Counted from the first letter of the stretch, positions 50,157 through 63,788 are shown. The stretch: 64,000 bases of DNA from Lingula anatina (GCA_051362555.1 CM120640.1:63590788-63654787); one strand, 5' to 3'. Numbers and translations are program-made. Notes: generated by a model not told the origin, from the sequence alone.

Positions 50157-53100
50157 TTTTTTTTTTCACGAAAAATAATACAGGACATTTACAACACAAT
50201 GAGAGACAAAGACCCCTTCCAAACATTCACACACTGGGAAAAAATTCTTACAAATAGCGATTAAAAACACATGAAATTTTTAAATAAAAGAACCTTAGTA
50301 GGCCTAGCCTATGACAAATGCTCTATTCATATGCAAATTTTTTTCTATACTTACATAAAGATATAAATTGCCATTAACATTTTTTCACCAGGTGAAAGCA
50401 AAAAAAGGTCCTCAAATAACACAACACACCACTAGCTCATTCTAATTGACACGATTCTGTAACTAACAATGGTTTGAAGGCATTTTGCAATGCACCTAAG
50501 AAATACTGTAATAAATATACTTACTTTTTTTCTTATGCATGTAGCTGCGTAAGGTCGATAAGGTTGTCTTTTCTCATGATGTTCTTCTTCATTTCTCATG
50601 AAACCAATGTATACCGTTACGATATAAAATGGACTCCAATATAGCACCCACTTCCACATTGCTTGCTGATTTTCTTCTATAAAATAAGAAAGAAATACGT
50701 TAGTATGCCAAACAATTTGACCAAGATTAATTACTTAATTTCAAAGAAATGTCATTTTGGTCGAGTTGATCAAAATACTACAATAAAAACCTTTGAAAAT
50801 GTCTGATTGTTTGGGGCATCTGCTTAAACGTCCATCTTACCGGAAGTACTGCATTTTACCCGATATGTCATGCAAGATAACCCGTAACTTTCACTTAACA
50901 CGTTTCAAGCAGGTTTATCCTCCTTTTTAAATCTCATTTTTCTATGTACAATATTTGCTAACATTACGTGAGATTAAAATAATAGATGACAGTTCTTAAT
51001 TTCCATCTATTTATTTTCCCCACCTACAATCATTTTCATAACCCTCTTCACTATACATTACACAAGTGAAGAGGGATGCTTTTTTGCCTGAGAAGGGCAT
51101 TGTAAACAATGTCCGTTCAGTTGTATTTAAAACCAGTAGCTTTTGTGGGCAGTTATATGATTTAAAAATTATGTCAAATTAAATATATTGAGAAAAGGCA
51201 ATCTATGGGGCCTACCTGTGCCCATAGACATCTTGTTGGGACTCATCCAATTTTTTTTTATACACTAGCTGTGCACAAGTCCCAAGACGTCCTTGCACAT
51301 TTGTGCACCTAATTCTGCATAAGCAGATACACACAAAGGCGAGACACCTTTGCGAAGAAAGACCTACAACACCTGGACTAACACTCCATCCTGTGATAAC
51401 CAGAGCGTTTAACACAGTACTGACTACCCCTCTCCCCCCCCCCCCCCGCACTTTTTTTAGGACTCTGCAGCTGATGAAAATCTCTTGTTGACCGAAAAGC
51501 GCTTTCTGCAACCAGTCCAACCCCCCTTGTCGTTTCCCCTGCCGCACTGTATGTATCTCATACAATCGGCCCTTCAGGTCAAACACATACAGAGGCGAGA
51601 CACCTCTCTCACATCATATTGAAGTGAAACAACAGCCGATAATTTTGAATACGGCAATAAATAGTTATCTAATATAATTTGAATCAGAATTTTAAGACAG
51701 ACACGCTCTATCACCATTTTCATCTTTTCACTGACACGTGATAACGCATCAAAGGGACTTTTATACTTCAATGTAAACTCTAACGTCCCAAAAGCAATCT
51801 CAAAGCTTTGAACCGGGGGCGCTGTCAAAACACACGTCCCCAGGGGGCCCAGACCTAGATCGTGTTATTTTGATAAGAGTTAGTTTAACTAAGACATGAG
51901 CCAGCCACCCCCAAACATAAAATAAACATTTAATTGCCATAATTTTCACAAAACAGATGCATTTATAATTTGAAGTTAAAATCAAGCAGTATTGGAGAAT
52001 ATGCAAAGTGCAATTGTCAAGGAGGTCAAAGGTCATTTCAAGGTCACAGTAAAACTGCCAATTTATTTATAACTTCCTATTCAAATGCATTAGTATTTAT
52101 GGGAATATCTCTGCCAGTTATGGAGATATAAGGGTGGGTTAATTTGAAAAGTACAGGTCATGATGAAAAGTAGGTCAACGGTTAAATGCAAGGTCACAGT
52201 AAGAGTGCCAGTACATGACTTTCTATTCAATTTCAACAGAAACAGTTGGCTCTTCTCTGCTGATTTGGATGTATTTTACATTTTAACTACTTTTACATTT
52301 TTTACATTTTAACAAAGCTTAAGCGTCTGTCCCGCCTACTAAAAGCTGTAAGGGGGTAATTAACTATGGTGCGCGCTTGGCTGACTGCAATTTAGCGTGA
52401 ACCCCCAGAGAGTTAGGTCCATCTAAATCTCTGGAAATACATACACCCTTAGACTGCATTCCCACAGATTTTGATCAATCCTAACTCCCTGGGGGTTCAT
52501 GCTAAATTGCTGCCAGCTCAAGAGGCTAAAATGTCTGTCACGCCTACTGAATCAGCTAGGGAAAAGATAATTACCCCGTAACTGCTTTACTAGGCGTGAC
52601 CGACATTTAAGCCGGCCAAGTTGACAGCAATATAATGAGACTCCCTAGGGGGATAGATTGATCTAAATATCTGTGAGAATGGTCTCTTATAAAGGACCCT
52701 TAAATAACTCCAGAAATTCTCTGAAGTACCAAATAAACGTGCCAGCATGTTTATTTGTTTTCTGGAAATTTTCCACCCGGCACAATCTTATTTTACCTGG
52801 CACGATTAATAATTTTCCACAAGGCACAGTTAATTGGCACTCACTGTGCCAGTTGGAAATATTGTTGATCGTTTCGGAAATGTTGATAATCGTTTCATTG
52901 GACAAGTTAATTTTTATAAATGACCTGTCGCAAGCACTACACTCGAACTTTTTTTTTGCTTAAATAAAAGTCAGTTTCCCCTGCATTTAAAGAGCGCTCA
53001 AATTTGCAAGCGCCTCGCTCAAATTTGTCAAAAGCGCCGCCTCGCTGGGCTGAATGGAACAACAAAATATATTTTCAGTCATGCTAACTGAAAATTATAT

Positions 53101-55984
53101 TTATTTCTTAGCAAATATGGCATTCTGTTCACATACTGTACGTAATCCCTGCATGCTTCTGAGCACTTGATTTAGTAGTAATGGAAATACGCATGCGCAT
53201 GCTTAAAAATAACAAGCAGTTATTATCTCCATGTGAGTGCCTCGTTTTTGCAGTTCTGTGCCTTATTTGAAGTATACGAGACAGAGCGAAACGAGGCAAC
53301 TGCTCTCGACAACATTTAGTCACGTGTCACAAATACACATTCTCTGTCACTTCGTCATGTTCCAAAATTCAGACCGCCTGTTGTGTGTTTTTATAGTTTA
53401 CATATATTCACTCATAAAAATGCAGCAAATAAAGTGCACTTCATTGATTTTATAAACTTGGAGAAGATTTTCTATTGATTTACTGGTTAATTTTGTGAAA
53501 GCAGTAGCGTTGTAAAACTGGGTCACGTCAGTATTTCGCGTGGAAACCCATGCATTGAATATGAATTTCCATGACTGAATAGAACCACATAAATGAACAA
53601 ACGAAGAATTCTGAAGAATTCATTTCATGGTGTTTGAAGTTGTTGATTATAAATTACATCTCAAACTACGTGTAACTAGCAGCAGGAGTCGCTTTGCTCT
53701 GAACGACAGGAGAGAACATTTTAATTAAGGATGAAGCACTCCCACACGCAAAGTCAATTGACCAGTTATTTTCAGCAAGGTGAAAAATGGTAAGAACAAC
53801 ATATTTTCAACTTTTTGGTCAATCCAAAAAAAGAAAAAAAAAAAATTATAATAATAGTAATAACAATAATAATTCAATGTAGTAAGCCCCTTTTTTTGTT
53901 TCTTGTAAGTATTTAAGTATTAAAGTAGTTAACTTTTTTTTTTTCAAAGAGTATGTTCTATAATTTTTGAAAGTTTTAATTAGCATTATAGGAACTGTTG
54001 CTGCTGAACCTTAAACTTCAAGATTGACACAGGATGCTATTTCTAATGCTTCTTGATTTATTCTCATATGTGTTTTGGTTTTTCAGGTGAGGACTGCTCT
54101 GAGAAACAGGCTGGAGAAGGATCACCTCTCAAAATTTCAGGTTTTGGCACAAACCCTGAAGAAACAGATTTTGGACAGTTGGTGTGCTCCTTTTATTTGA
54201 GGCACCCCAACAGAAGAGTAAAGTATGCCAAAGATGACTGTGAGATATCTGTAAACTGTAAAGGACTAAACTGAGTGAATGCACAGACTGGAAAATAAAT
54301 TTTGTCTAAACCTTTGTTATGTCAGTACTGAATTTGTTCCTCAAAACATCTAAAACAAGACAATTCAGTGCCACATAAAATTTTTTAAAAAATCAGTCCT
54401 TAATACCGTAAAATGCACCAAATTGCACCTCGATTTAAAAAATTTTCCGGGGGAGCATGGTGACAGAGATTACTCTAAATGGTTAAAATATGTTAAAGTA
54501 TGTATATAGAATGAAAGGTAAATTTGTTTAGATATTATGTTTTTGTTATGTTTAATAGTCAAAACATAATTTTTCCAGATTGGAATATAATTTGTAATTG
54601 CCATTGCAATTATTCTTTGAAATTATTATATCGAAAATTTTTCCAGGGGGCACAGTTATTCCGCTAGGCACTGTTATTAAATATCAGGAATTTTTCCAGG
54701 GGGCACAGTTATTCCGCTAGGCCCTGGTATTAATTTTGGAAAGTTTTCCGGGGGGCACTGTTATTCCAGTAGGCACTCTTATTCGGCGGTCCTACTAAAC
54801 ATAGAAATGGATAGAAATGGGTAGAAATGGATAGAAATGGACAGAAATGGACCGATATAGACCTCTAGGTAGGCATAGCAAACCTCTCTTGGATTGTATT
54901 TGAATTGTACATAGTAAAAATAAACTTACTTCTGCACCAGAAAGAAGTTTTATTGACTTTTCTGCCGTGACACCAGTAGAGGTTGAAATCAGGTCAAGGT
55001 CGCCATTTTCAAGGTGGATTCCACAACGAGGCTGTGCTTGGGAGCACTGGTTGCTCCACTAAACAACTTTCACAAGCACAGCAAAGACTCAAATAAAATA
55101 ATTAAAACGGAATTAGTTCAATAAAGCGAGTATTTGAAATAGAATTTTGAAGTTCAATTAAAGGTTTTTAATGAAATTATTTTGAAAATGTTATGAATAC
55201 ATACAAATGGCGACTTTGACCTGATTTCAACCTCCGCTGGTGTCTTGGCAGAAAATTCAATAAAACTTCTTTCTGGTGCAGAAGTAAGTTTATTTTTACT
55301 ATGTAGAACTCAAATACAACCCTAGAGAGGTTTGCTATGCCTACCTAGAGGTCTATATCGGTCCATTTCTGTCCATTTCTATCCATTTCTATCCATTTCT
55401 ATGTTTAGTAGGACCCTTATTTGGCACTTCAGAGTAACTTGATGAGACTAGTTTTGGCATTCTATCTCTACATCATGTGCAAAATGTATGTACTAGTAGT
55501 TTTGAGAATAAAGTGTAATTCCTTTTTTGTGTTTATGTAAGAGTGAGAGTCCCAAAAAAGCGACATCGACTACAGACGCAGGTTAATGGGGCCTACGTGA
55601 CAGGATTAGAGATAAGGTCAACTATCGGGTTTATTTAAATTATGATGATATAACTGACATTCATAACACTAATAATCGACACTTAATGATATCTGCAATT
55701 CCAGTACAATTTATTAAATCAGTTTTCATAAAAGACAGATCGAATCGCATTCGGCAGTATCTGCCGTGTGATGATCTTTAAAGTTTGAAACGTTGTAATA
55801 ATATAAATAACTAATTACCTGCTAATTCCTCCGGGTCATCTCTCCAAGTTTTATGTCCATGTTTGCTGTCACCATGTGACTCACGCTTATGAGTTTTAGT
55901 GATCTGAAGCAGTGCCGGATACTGAGGACGACCCTGGAACTGGCGCAACTGTGCGCATCTCGTCAACAGAAGCCTTGACGCCAT
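49746..55984 (-). CDS. COX6A: Cytochrome c oxidase subunit 6A-like, 138 aa; exons 55984-55819, 50676-50525, 49844-49746
   Basis: Phase-consistent splicing gives an Arg-rich presequence (MASRLLLTRCAQLRQ) and a WK-initiated TM segment. It continues HHEKRQPYRPY...IRKKPLRFWDGDHSLFFSPQRN...GYDEE, matching the COX6A pattern IRxKxFxWGDGxHxLFxN...GYE. Confidence 0.85.
52316..52687. mobile_element. Two back-to-back copies (partial minus 52316-52440; plus ~52451-52687) of the Harbinger-like MITE family of 38212
   Basis: Both share CTAACTCCCTGGGGGTTCA.GCTAAAT; the plus copy also has TGAGACTCCC..GGGGATAGAT.GATCTAAA. Confidence 0.7.
52719..55434. mobile_element. Non-autonomous TIR element (Tc1/mariner-pogo-like by the TA flank) in COX6A intron 1
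   Basis: The left end is CTCTGAAGTACCAAATAAACGTGCC. The right end reads GGCACTCTTATT(C/T)GGCACTTCAGAG|TA once the nested element is removed. Three ~53-bp subterminal repeats lie at 54635-54787. Confidence 0.65.
54788..55415. mobile_element. Foldback/MULE-like element with ~210-bp TIRs and 10-bp AGAAATGGAT sub-repeats
   Basis: It has near-perfect inverted arms GGTCCTACTAAACATAGAAATGG.../...CCATTTCTATGTTTAGTAGGACC. The flanks are CTTATTCGGC (54778-54787) and CTTATTTGGC (55416-55425). Confidence 0.88.
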
Positions 55985-56272
55985 TTGCTTTTTTCTCTCA
56001 GTGAGAGCATTAGTCTCGGTTTGGTATAATTATACATTTCATATCGCCAGAAATTGATAAGGATGTATACCTCAAACGAGGCTTAAATTTGGAAACATAC
56101 TTTTTAATTGGTAGATATATAAACCAATCGCCATACGATTATACTTACTTCTCTGAATAACTCAAAGTTAAGCTTCCTTCCGCTAGCGCCTTTGATTGAT
56201 AAAATGTTTCGATGTTATTAAATCATGGTAATGCTGCAAAAAGTGATTGAGGAGAAGCTAAAATGATTCTTT
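55985..56272. promoter_or_regulatory. Putative bidirectional promoter between COX6A and RSKR
   Basis: The two divergent start codons are only ~290 bp apart, with a CCAAT at ~56124. Confidence 0.55.
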
Positions 56273-56275
56273 ATG

Positions 56276-59200
56276 ATGGGCAACCGACAGGACAAGTTGA
56301 ATGGAGACGCGGATGATCTCCATTTCACGGTAAAATATTTTCCTGATATTTTACCATTACTAGTAGATCTATATTCTACCAGTAGTCTAGTAGAATACTA
56401 TTAGTGCTAGTAGGGAAAATCTCATAACTGATTGTAAACAAATCTTTTTATACTTATGTAATAACAACTCTTTATAAAGCGCGAAACGCAATCTGCAACT
56501 CCATGGTTCGTGTCAGCTATACATAAAGTCGCTCAAAGAAGGGTGGATGCAATGCTGCACTATTCGACAGTGCATACTAATTTTAATTATAAATTCAAAT
56601 GGCACACGTCCACTATAATTACATGTAAGGCCATAAAACGAGTCAAGTGCATAAGCAAATGACTCCATTAAAATTAATTAACAAGTCTGGGGTTTATATT
56701 TGTGAACTGAGCATGATGCTGAATACAAATATGGCAATCACTTTTTTCTGCAACAGTTATTTAGGTTGGTAAAATGACAATTTTCAAAATGGCAGCCAGA
56801 TTGGCCTAGAGTTTCATCAAAAACATCTAAAGGTACTCTCTGATCCTCAAGGTGACCATGATATTAATGTTACTAATTTTATTTTAGTAGATATATTATT
56901 ACAATTAAACATAAAACATGTTGTGTAAGAAAATAGCAGTGCAGTCCATTATATCGCCCTTCAAGAAATCGACGCCTTCAAGAAGTCAACGAAAACCGGA
57001 AGTACGTGTTTTTTTGCATTGATTTTCTTATCATGCCCATGGTAAACACAGTGTTGTCAAGTAAAATGAAGTGTCTTATACAAAGTATCGTATGCGGCAT
57101 TCACATGCTTGCTTGCAATGCATTCAGTACACTTGTTTATACTGACAAGGCGGAAAATCACCCAGCAGCTTTCCAAGTACAAGTAAGTGGCGTCACGATG
57201 CACTTCCGGTTTTCGTCGAGATCTTGAAGGGATTTAATGTTATGGTTTGCTGCACATTTAAAGCGTTCTATCTCAAAATATATGCAACCGCTTGGATTGA
57301 AATTTACAATAATTATTCTTCACATGGTATCGCATCTATGTGCATAATTTGAGAGCTTTAGCTATCATACGTTTTTCTACAGTGCCCATTCAAATTTGAA
57401 AAAGAGCTATTTTTTATCCATTTCTTGAAGGGCAAGTTTAAGTATTCTGTTTTTTTTTTTTTTTTTTGCACAATTTTGGTGATGCTCTCCCTATAACTGT
57501 CAAACTGTATTTTGTTTTACTTTAAATTTACTGAGTCGCTTTGTTTGGTTAAGAGGCAGGTTGCTTTTGAAAATCGGCATGATCGGTTTACATTTACAGT
57601 AATTAATCTGTTTTTTTTATGTGTGAAATTTTCATTTTTCATATAATATTTTCAGTTTCAGTGGCTTTTATATCACATGGAATCAAATCACTTGCTAGTT
57701 TTTCAATGTCCATGTTACCTAATACCTGTAGTACATATTGTCAGAGTGATTATGCTATTTTAAAGCATTATGTGCATCAAAATTGGTAAAAACATTATTT
57801 TGTGCACTTTCTTCTGTTTAATGTCTGAACATTTGACAGTTTTATCACCTTGTTTCCTGTATGGTGTCTGTATATTTGTCAGCCTTGCTGTGTAGTTTTA
57901 TAATCTCAATGTCTTTACTAAATTTTTTAATATCACTAACATTTTTTCAGCCATTCCCTAGAGATGCACTAAACCGTAGTTTTGATTCATTCAATCGCTT
58001 GTTCCCAAGCCGTTCATCAATCCGGAAACGTACTCGGATACAGTTATCAGATGAATTAGCTGATCATAATGAACCAATGAAAGATACATGGCCTGTCCCA
58101 CTAGTGGAAGCTCTGTTTCTCCCAGAATTTCCTGTTAAAGGAGATGTTGATGAAAATGATTTCCAGGTGAGTTTCAATGTCTGTATGGTACCATTGGTGG
58201 GCTAGAACATTGCAATATTACCAATTACTGTCAACCAAGGGTTTTCCCCAGTAAACTGTCCAGCCGGACGACTGCTGGCATCACAATGTGGCCTATATTT
58301 TCAAAGACAGCTGGAGGGCTTATGGATTTTTTGGAAATATGACGGCTTTAAGCATACTTGGATTCCCTGAAATTTTGTAGGAAATTACAGGTGGTCATTT
58401 TGGACAGCCTTTACCGACAATTCTGGGAAAAGCCCTGCTGTCAGCATATTTCATAATAAACAGATTATAGGAAAACAGTGTTATGTAGTCTCAGAATTAG
58501 TTCACAGGACAAAAAAAAACAGTTGGCCATAATTTAGAAAACCAGCTCAATTGGATTATATTTTGAGAAATGTTTAAAATTTTCAAATATTGGCATTTTT
58601 AAGAGTATTTGAATTCACATGTGTATAAAGCCCTGTACCAGTTGCATTTTTTAACTGTCCACTGTAACAGTAGTTCATGATTAAAAATTGGTAGTGATTA
58701 GGCTATTAAGGTTATAAAATATTGCATCAATATTGATCACTCCCACCCCCTCCCAAAAAACAAAAAAAAAGTTTTGTACTTTTATGGTAAAAGTCTATTA
58801 GTCTGTTTTAATATCACTGCCCAATCAATTATGCCATGTATATATCTTTCTGTGTGCCAACTTTGCTGCCTCATATACTGTTTACCACATAATTTGAACA
58901 ACATTGATGTGATATAAAAGGTATAAGTTTGATGTAGAAATTGTGGCTGTATACAGAACTTAACTTTTTTATGTGAAAAAAAAACTCATTTTCTTTTTTA
59001 TGTCTTTACAGTTATTAGCTTTTGTGCCTTGTTTTAAATATTTAATGCAATTGAATTACACATTTAAAGTAATGCACTTCATTTTTAGATTCTAGATGTT
59101 TTAGGAAGGGGAGCATTTGGAAATGTCCTCAGAGTCCGCCTTTTTGAAGACAAGAAGATTTATGCCATGAAGGTACATATGTCTAAGTTTCTGCATTGTA

Positions 59201-62200
59201 TAATGTGTTTTGTATTCTAAAGTTGGTCCTTATTATAAAAAATATGCATACTTGAAAGAGCATAATATAACGTCATGATTTATATTGAAAAAAGCATGTT
59301 TATATCATTTGTGAAACAAACAGATTTATCTATAATTGTTCTGAGATTTACAAAAATGTTACCTGCAATACATATAATTGTTCTGAGATTTACAAAAATG
59401 CAGGGGGGGGGGGGGGGGGGGGGGGGGCTGGGTCAGTTTTGCGTCCGTGCCCTGTCCTTTCCGCCTTCAAATAATCCTGGATCTCGCCCTGATACTATCT
59501 GGGTTGATCCAACTGTACGGGAGGATTCTCTCTCAAGTGAAATCGGTATATGATAGTTAATTATCCCCATAGCTGCCCGAGGAAGCGTGACAGCTGATTC
59601 CACTGATTGCACTTCAGCGAGAATCCCCAGCAGAGTAGGACAGACCCAGGTTGTATGATATGTGAACCTGAATGCAATCTAAGGCTCAGAGAGAACAAAC
59701 AGCATTTGGCATGCTTTACAAGAACATATATCTTAGGGGTTTTTATAATTTTCAAGGTCTGAATCTAGAAAGCTATGAAGCATTACAGGATAGAAATAAG
59801 ACTTGGAGACATTTTCAAATTATGGGCCAGAAACCTTTTAAACAAGCAATAAAAATTGCCTTTCTTATGTACAGACACAGATGTGTCTGTACATATAGCC
59901 ATCACCTGCGTCTGTCGTCGCTGTCGTCGCCGTGCACTTTTACCGATAACACGATAAGTGGAAAACTGTTTTTCATTTCAGCTTGAAACTTACAGAATTG
60001 ATAAATATTTATAATATGCAGGTCAAGTTCGAAAATCAGCATGATCGGGTCACTTGTAGGGAAGTTATGCTGTTTTTTCACATTTTTCAGCATATATGCA
60101 GCACCGATAACACGATAAGTGGAAAACCATTTTAATTTTTGGCTTGAAACTTACAAAACTGATGAATATTCTTAATACGCAGGTCAAGTTCGAAAATCAG
60201 CATGATCGGGCCATATTTGTGGAAGTTGTGCTATTTTTTCATTTTTTTCAACATAAATGCAACACCGATAACACGATAAGTAAAAAATCATTTTACTTTT
60301 TGAATGATGAATATTCATAATACGCAGGTCAAGTTCGAAAATCAGCCTGATCGGGCCATTTTTATGGAAGTTATGCTGTTTTTTCACTATTTCAGCATAT
60401 GTGCAACACCGATAACACATTTCAAGGGAAATCAATTAGCCAATCAGCTTGAAATTCACAGGGGTAATCAGATTTACTAAAATACAGATGAGGTTCGAAA
60501 ATAAGCTTGATCGGTTCAGTTTTGGTGAAATTGTGCCTTTTTTTGTATATAAGTCTATTTTCCTTGGATTTAATTCTTAGGCATGTTAACAATCTCATTT
60601 GTGAACTAATTAGTAATGTAAAGGTGTTCTTTTGACATTTTCTGCATCTTAACAATATTGTTAGTTGATTATATAAAAATGATGGTAAACCTGTTATTGT
60701 GCATTGTGTAATAAAGTGTCAAAAATGGAAATAAACTCAGATCTTTACAGTTTGTCAGATTCAATCATTCACCATGTTCAGAATCTCAGAATGGAACAAA
60801 TTGGACATTTAAAATTGTTCTATTGATATTTTTCCTATGTCAACAACTTTCTTAGTTGATCATTTAAAAACGACAGTAAATTGATTATTTTGATATATGT
60901 AAAAAAAGTGTTGAATATGGAAAGAAATTCATTTCAGTACAGTTATTTCTTGCTTACATTTTGGCATTTTGAAGTTGTGACTCTGAACCTCCATGGCCCT
61001 GAAGACCTTTCCATATCAAATTTTCTGAATATCCTTGATACTTTTATTTTATTATTAAAAACTGATGGTCATTATGCTGTTAAGCATTATGTAATATTGC
61101 ATCAAAATTGAAGACAACCCCATTTTAGACAATGCCTCCATAGTGACCATTAAAGGAAAACCAAGTCACTTACTCTTCTCAAACTTACAGAAATGTAGCA
61201 TAGCACTAAATTATAGCTTCAGTTGGAAAACCTGTTATATCGGTTAACTTTCTTGGAAATTATATAGTTTTTTGTTACAATTAAAATTTTCACATATGGA
61301 CATTTTCAAGGTGTGACTTAGTCTTTGAACTTCCATTGGCTTGAATACCATTGCTAGTCACATCTTTTGAATAGCTATGATACATTTACTTTATTATTAA
61401 AAATTGATGGCCATTGTGCTGTTATGCATTATGTTAAATTGCATAATAGATGAAAAAAACCTTTTTTGGACATCGCTGCTGGGATGACCATTAAGGAAAA
61501 ACCATTTTACTTATGATATTCTAACTAACTGAAAAGTTTCATAGGACTGAAGTGTAGCTTGTGTTGGAAATCAGTGTGATTGTTTTCTGTTTTGGAAGCA
61601 ATGCAGCTCTATAGAGTGCTATATGGGGCTACTGTTTATGGATGGTGGTAATTGTCCCTTGGGATAATCACTAGCTATATTCAGAGCTATAAAATTACTT
61701 GCCTAATTAATTTTCAAGTGCCCATTAAATAAGATTACATTAAACACACGTTGAGATTTCCCATTCAAGTCCTATAGGTTAAGCTCTCTTAACTGTGTCA
61801 CATAATTAGGAATTGGTGATAATTATGCAGGTAAATGTTGTTTAATATTGCAAATAAGTTTACAGAAGAAAAAAAATTTGTGTAATGCCAACATTAATGC
61901 TATAGATGAATAACAGTGTCTTATTATCCTTAAACACATTGGGATTATTCATATCATGTTAATACAGCAAGATTAAAAGTTTGAATAGCAGCTTTATTGG
62001 AATTTTTTTTTTGTTGTGTTTTCTTTTTAATTTTTTTCTAAACACTGGCATTTTCAACTCCCATCCACCTGAAGCTCTTCAGATTTTCTGTATTTCCACA
62101 TAAGCAGTTGCATAGGTTTTTATGTCTTTAAACAATATGTAATATTATTTTATGCACTGTCAACATTTTTCAAATATTGGGATTTTCATTATGTGAATTT

Positions 62201-63788
62201 GAACTCTCATGGTCCAGAAACTGTAATCTTATTGCAGGGGTGGATTGAGGCCGTCTTCTGGGTCTTTCAGATGACGGTCAGATTTTAAAGTTTACATTGA
62301 CTGGTATCAATTTTTTTCTGTTGGAAGACCATCAAAAGTGGAGGATGGATCAACAAAGATACTTTGGAATACTGTCAGAAAATATCTCTGGATCTGCTCC
62401 TGTTATTGACCATGTTACCTGTTGTGCATGATTAAAAATCAGTGTTAACTGACTGTGTTATTATAAGCATTATTTATTATTGCATCAAAATTGACAAAAT
62501 GACCTATTTTGCATCTTTATTTTCTGTTTTTTGTCTGTACATTTGACAGCTTTGCTGCCTTGTTTCTGAATAGTATCTATTAATTTGTCTCAGATAGTTT
62601 TGTAAGCTTGTTTGCATTTTAATTAAACATTTAAGTGCCCTGTCATTCATTGTGTGTGTGTTTTTTTTTTTCAGGTTTTGAATAAAGGTAAAATTATGGT
62701 TGATGGAGATGTTCAGCAAACCAAAGATGAAGTTACAATACAAGTAAGCTTTCATGATTTTTGCTCATGTGTTTATCCAATTTTGTAAATAGTTATTATC
62801 TTACGTCTGTGCAGAAAATAGAAAAAATTTCAAATCATTTTTAGTGCTTTACTGGATAGGCCACACAACATAATAAGGTAAGAGAAATTGAGTTCCCCCG
62901 CTCCAAACTAAAAAGCATAACATTAGTGTTCACAAAGACTCAAAAAAAAAAAACCAAGATTTTATGATTCTATAACTTCATCATTATAGTTCATGCCCTA
63001 GTCATCAACCATACCAATTTTTATGATTATGATAGTTACAGAGTTATGTTGGAAATGGGTCACTATCTCACAACAATTTACAAAGCAGTGAAGTTGAAAC
63101 AACAAGAGTGTTTACTCTAAAGCGTTAATTTTTATTGCACTTATATTGAGGTAAGTATTTTATATAAAAAGTTGAGAAAAAGCTGCTTTGCCAATTATAG
63201 GCACTAATAATATATTGATCCCTCTTTTAAACCACTCAAATTTGCCAGACTTATTTTTCAAAGACAATGTATCATATATGTATATCATATTATGTTTTCA
63301 TTATTACAGAATAGACTTGGACATCATCCTTTCCTAGTCAAGGTGCATTATTTCTGGCAAAATAAAAAGAATGTATACATAGGTGAGAAAAGAAAAGTGG
63401 GTGAGGATTATTGCCAGTCTCACCGTTCTATAATGCTGATATCCATTTTGCTTTCAAATAGGTTTGTCATTTGAAGAAATGACAAAAAAGGTTAAGAGGA
63501 AGACCAAAAATCAGCTGCATGGCCAGTTATCAGAGAGCAGTGATAAATTTAAATCGCACATGCATACACACAAACAAACACACACACACACTGAAGACTT
63601 TTATTAGTGTATAAATGAAGATTTCTTATTACTTGCAATTCATTATAAACAAGTCATGATATTTAATTCTATTTTAGTGATGGATTTTGCATCCCATGGG
63701 GACTTATTCTCCCTTTGGAAACATATGGGAAACCACTTTTCTGAAGATCTCATTAAAATTTATGTAGCTGAAATAGCACTGGCTATTG
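56276..63788 (+). CDS. RSKR: Ribosomal protein S6 kinase-related (RSKR/SGK494/S6KL) AGC kinase, 5' part; exons 56276-56329, 57951-58166, 59089-59172, 62675-62743, 63310-63382, 63678-63788; continues beyond the window
   Basis: The spliced product has the family pre-kinase motif WPVP...LFLPEFPVK, then GRGAFGNV, YAMK, KDEVTIQ, HHPFLV...WQ, GDLFSLW and IYVAEIALA. It starts MG, and an in-frame ATG is also present at 56273. Exon 1 assignment is less certain. Confidence 0.88.
56956..57430. mobile_element. Inverted-repeat element of unknown superfamily
   Basis: GCCCTTCAAGAAAT at 56956 is inverted to 57420-57430. An inner inverted pair reads CGAAAACCGGAAGT / ACTTCCGGTTTTCG...CTTGAAGGG (to 57230). No TSD found. 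Confidence 0.45.
58236..58437. mobile_element. hAT-like MITE
   Basis: The TIRs are CAAGGGTTTTCCCCAG and CTGGGAAAAGCCCTG, with 8-bp flanks CTGTCAAC (58228-58235) and CTGTCAGC (58438-58445). Confidence 0.7.
59494..59663. mobile_element. Degenerate small foldback MITE
   Basis: Imperfect ~55-bp inverted arms: CTGGGT...GGATTCTCTCTCAAGTGAAATCGGT versus ACTGATTGCACTTCAGCGAGAATCC...ACCCAG. Confidence 0.45.
59865..62564 (+). mobile_element. Isolated full-length family A Helentron/HINE-like element in an RSKR intron
   Basis: It has the same palindromic head, GTC microsatellite, ~160-bp tandem units, collinear body and 3' end (TGTCTGTACATTTGACAGCTTTGCTGCCTTGTT) as 39253-42519. Both ends sit in T-rich sequence with no TSD. 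Confidence 0.78.
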
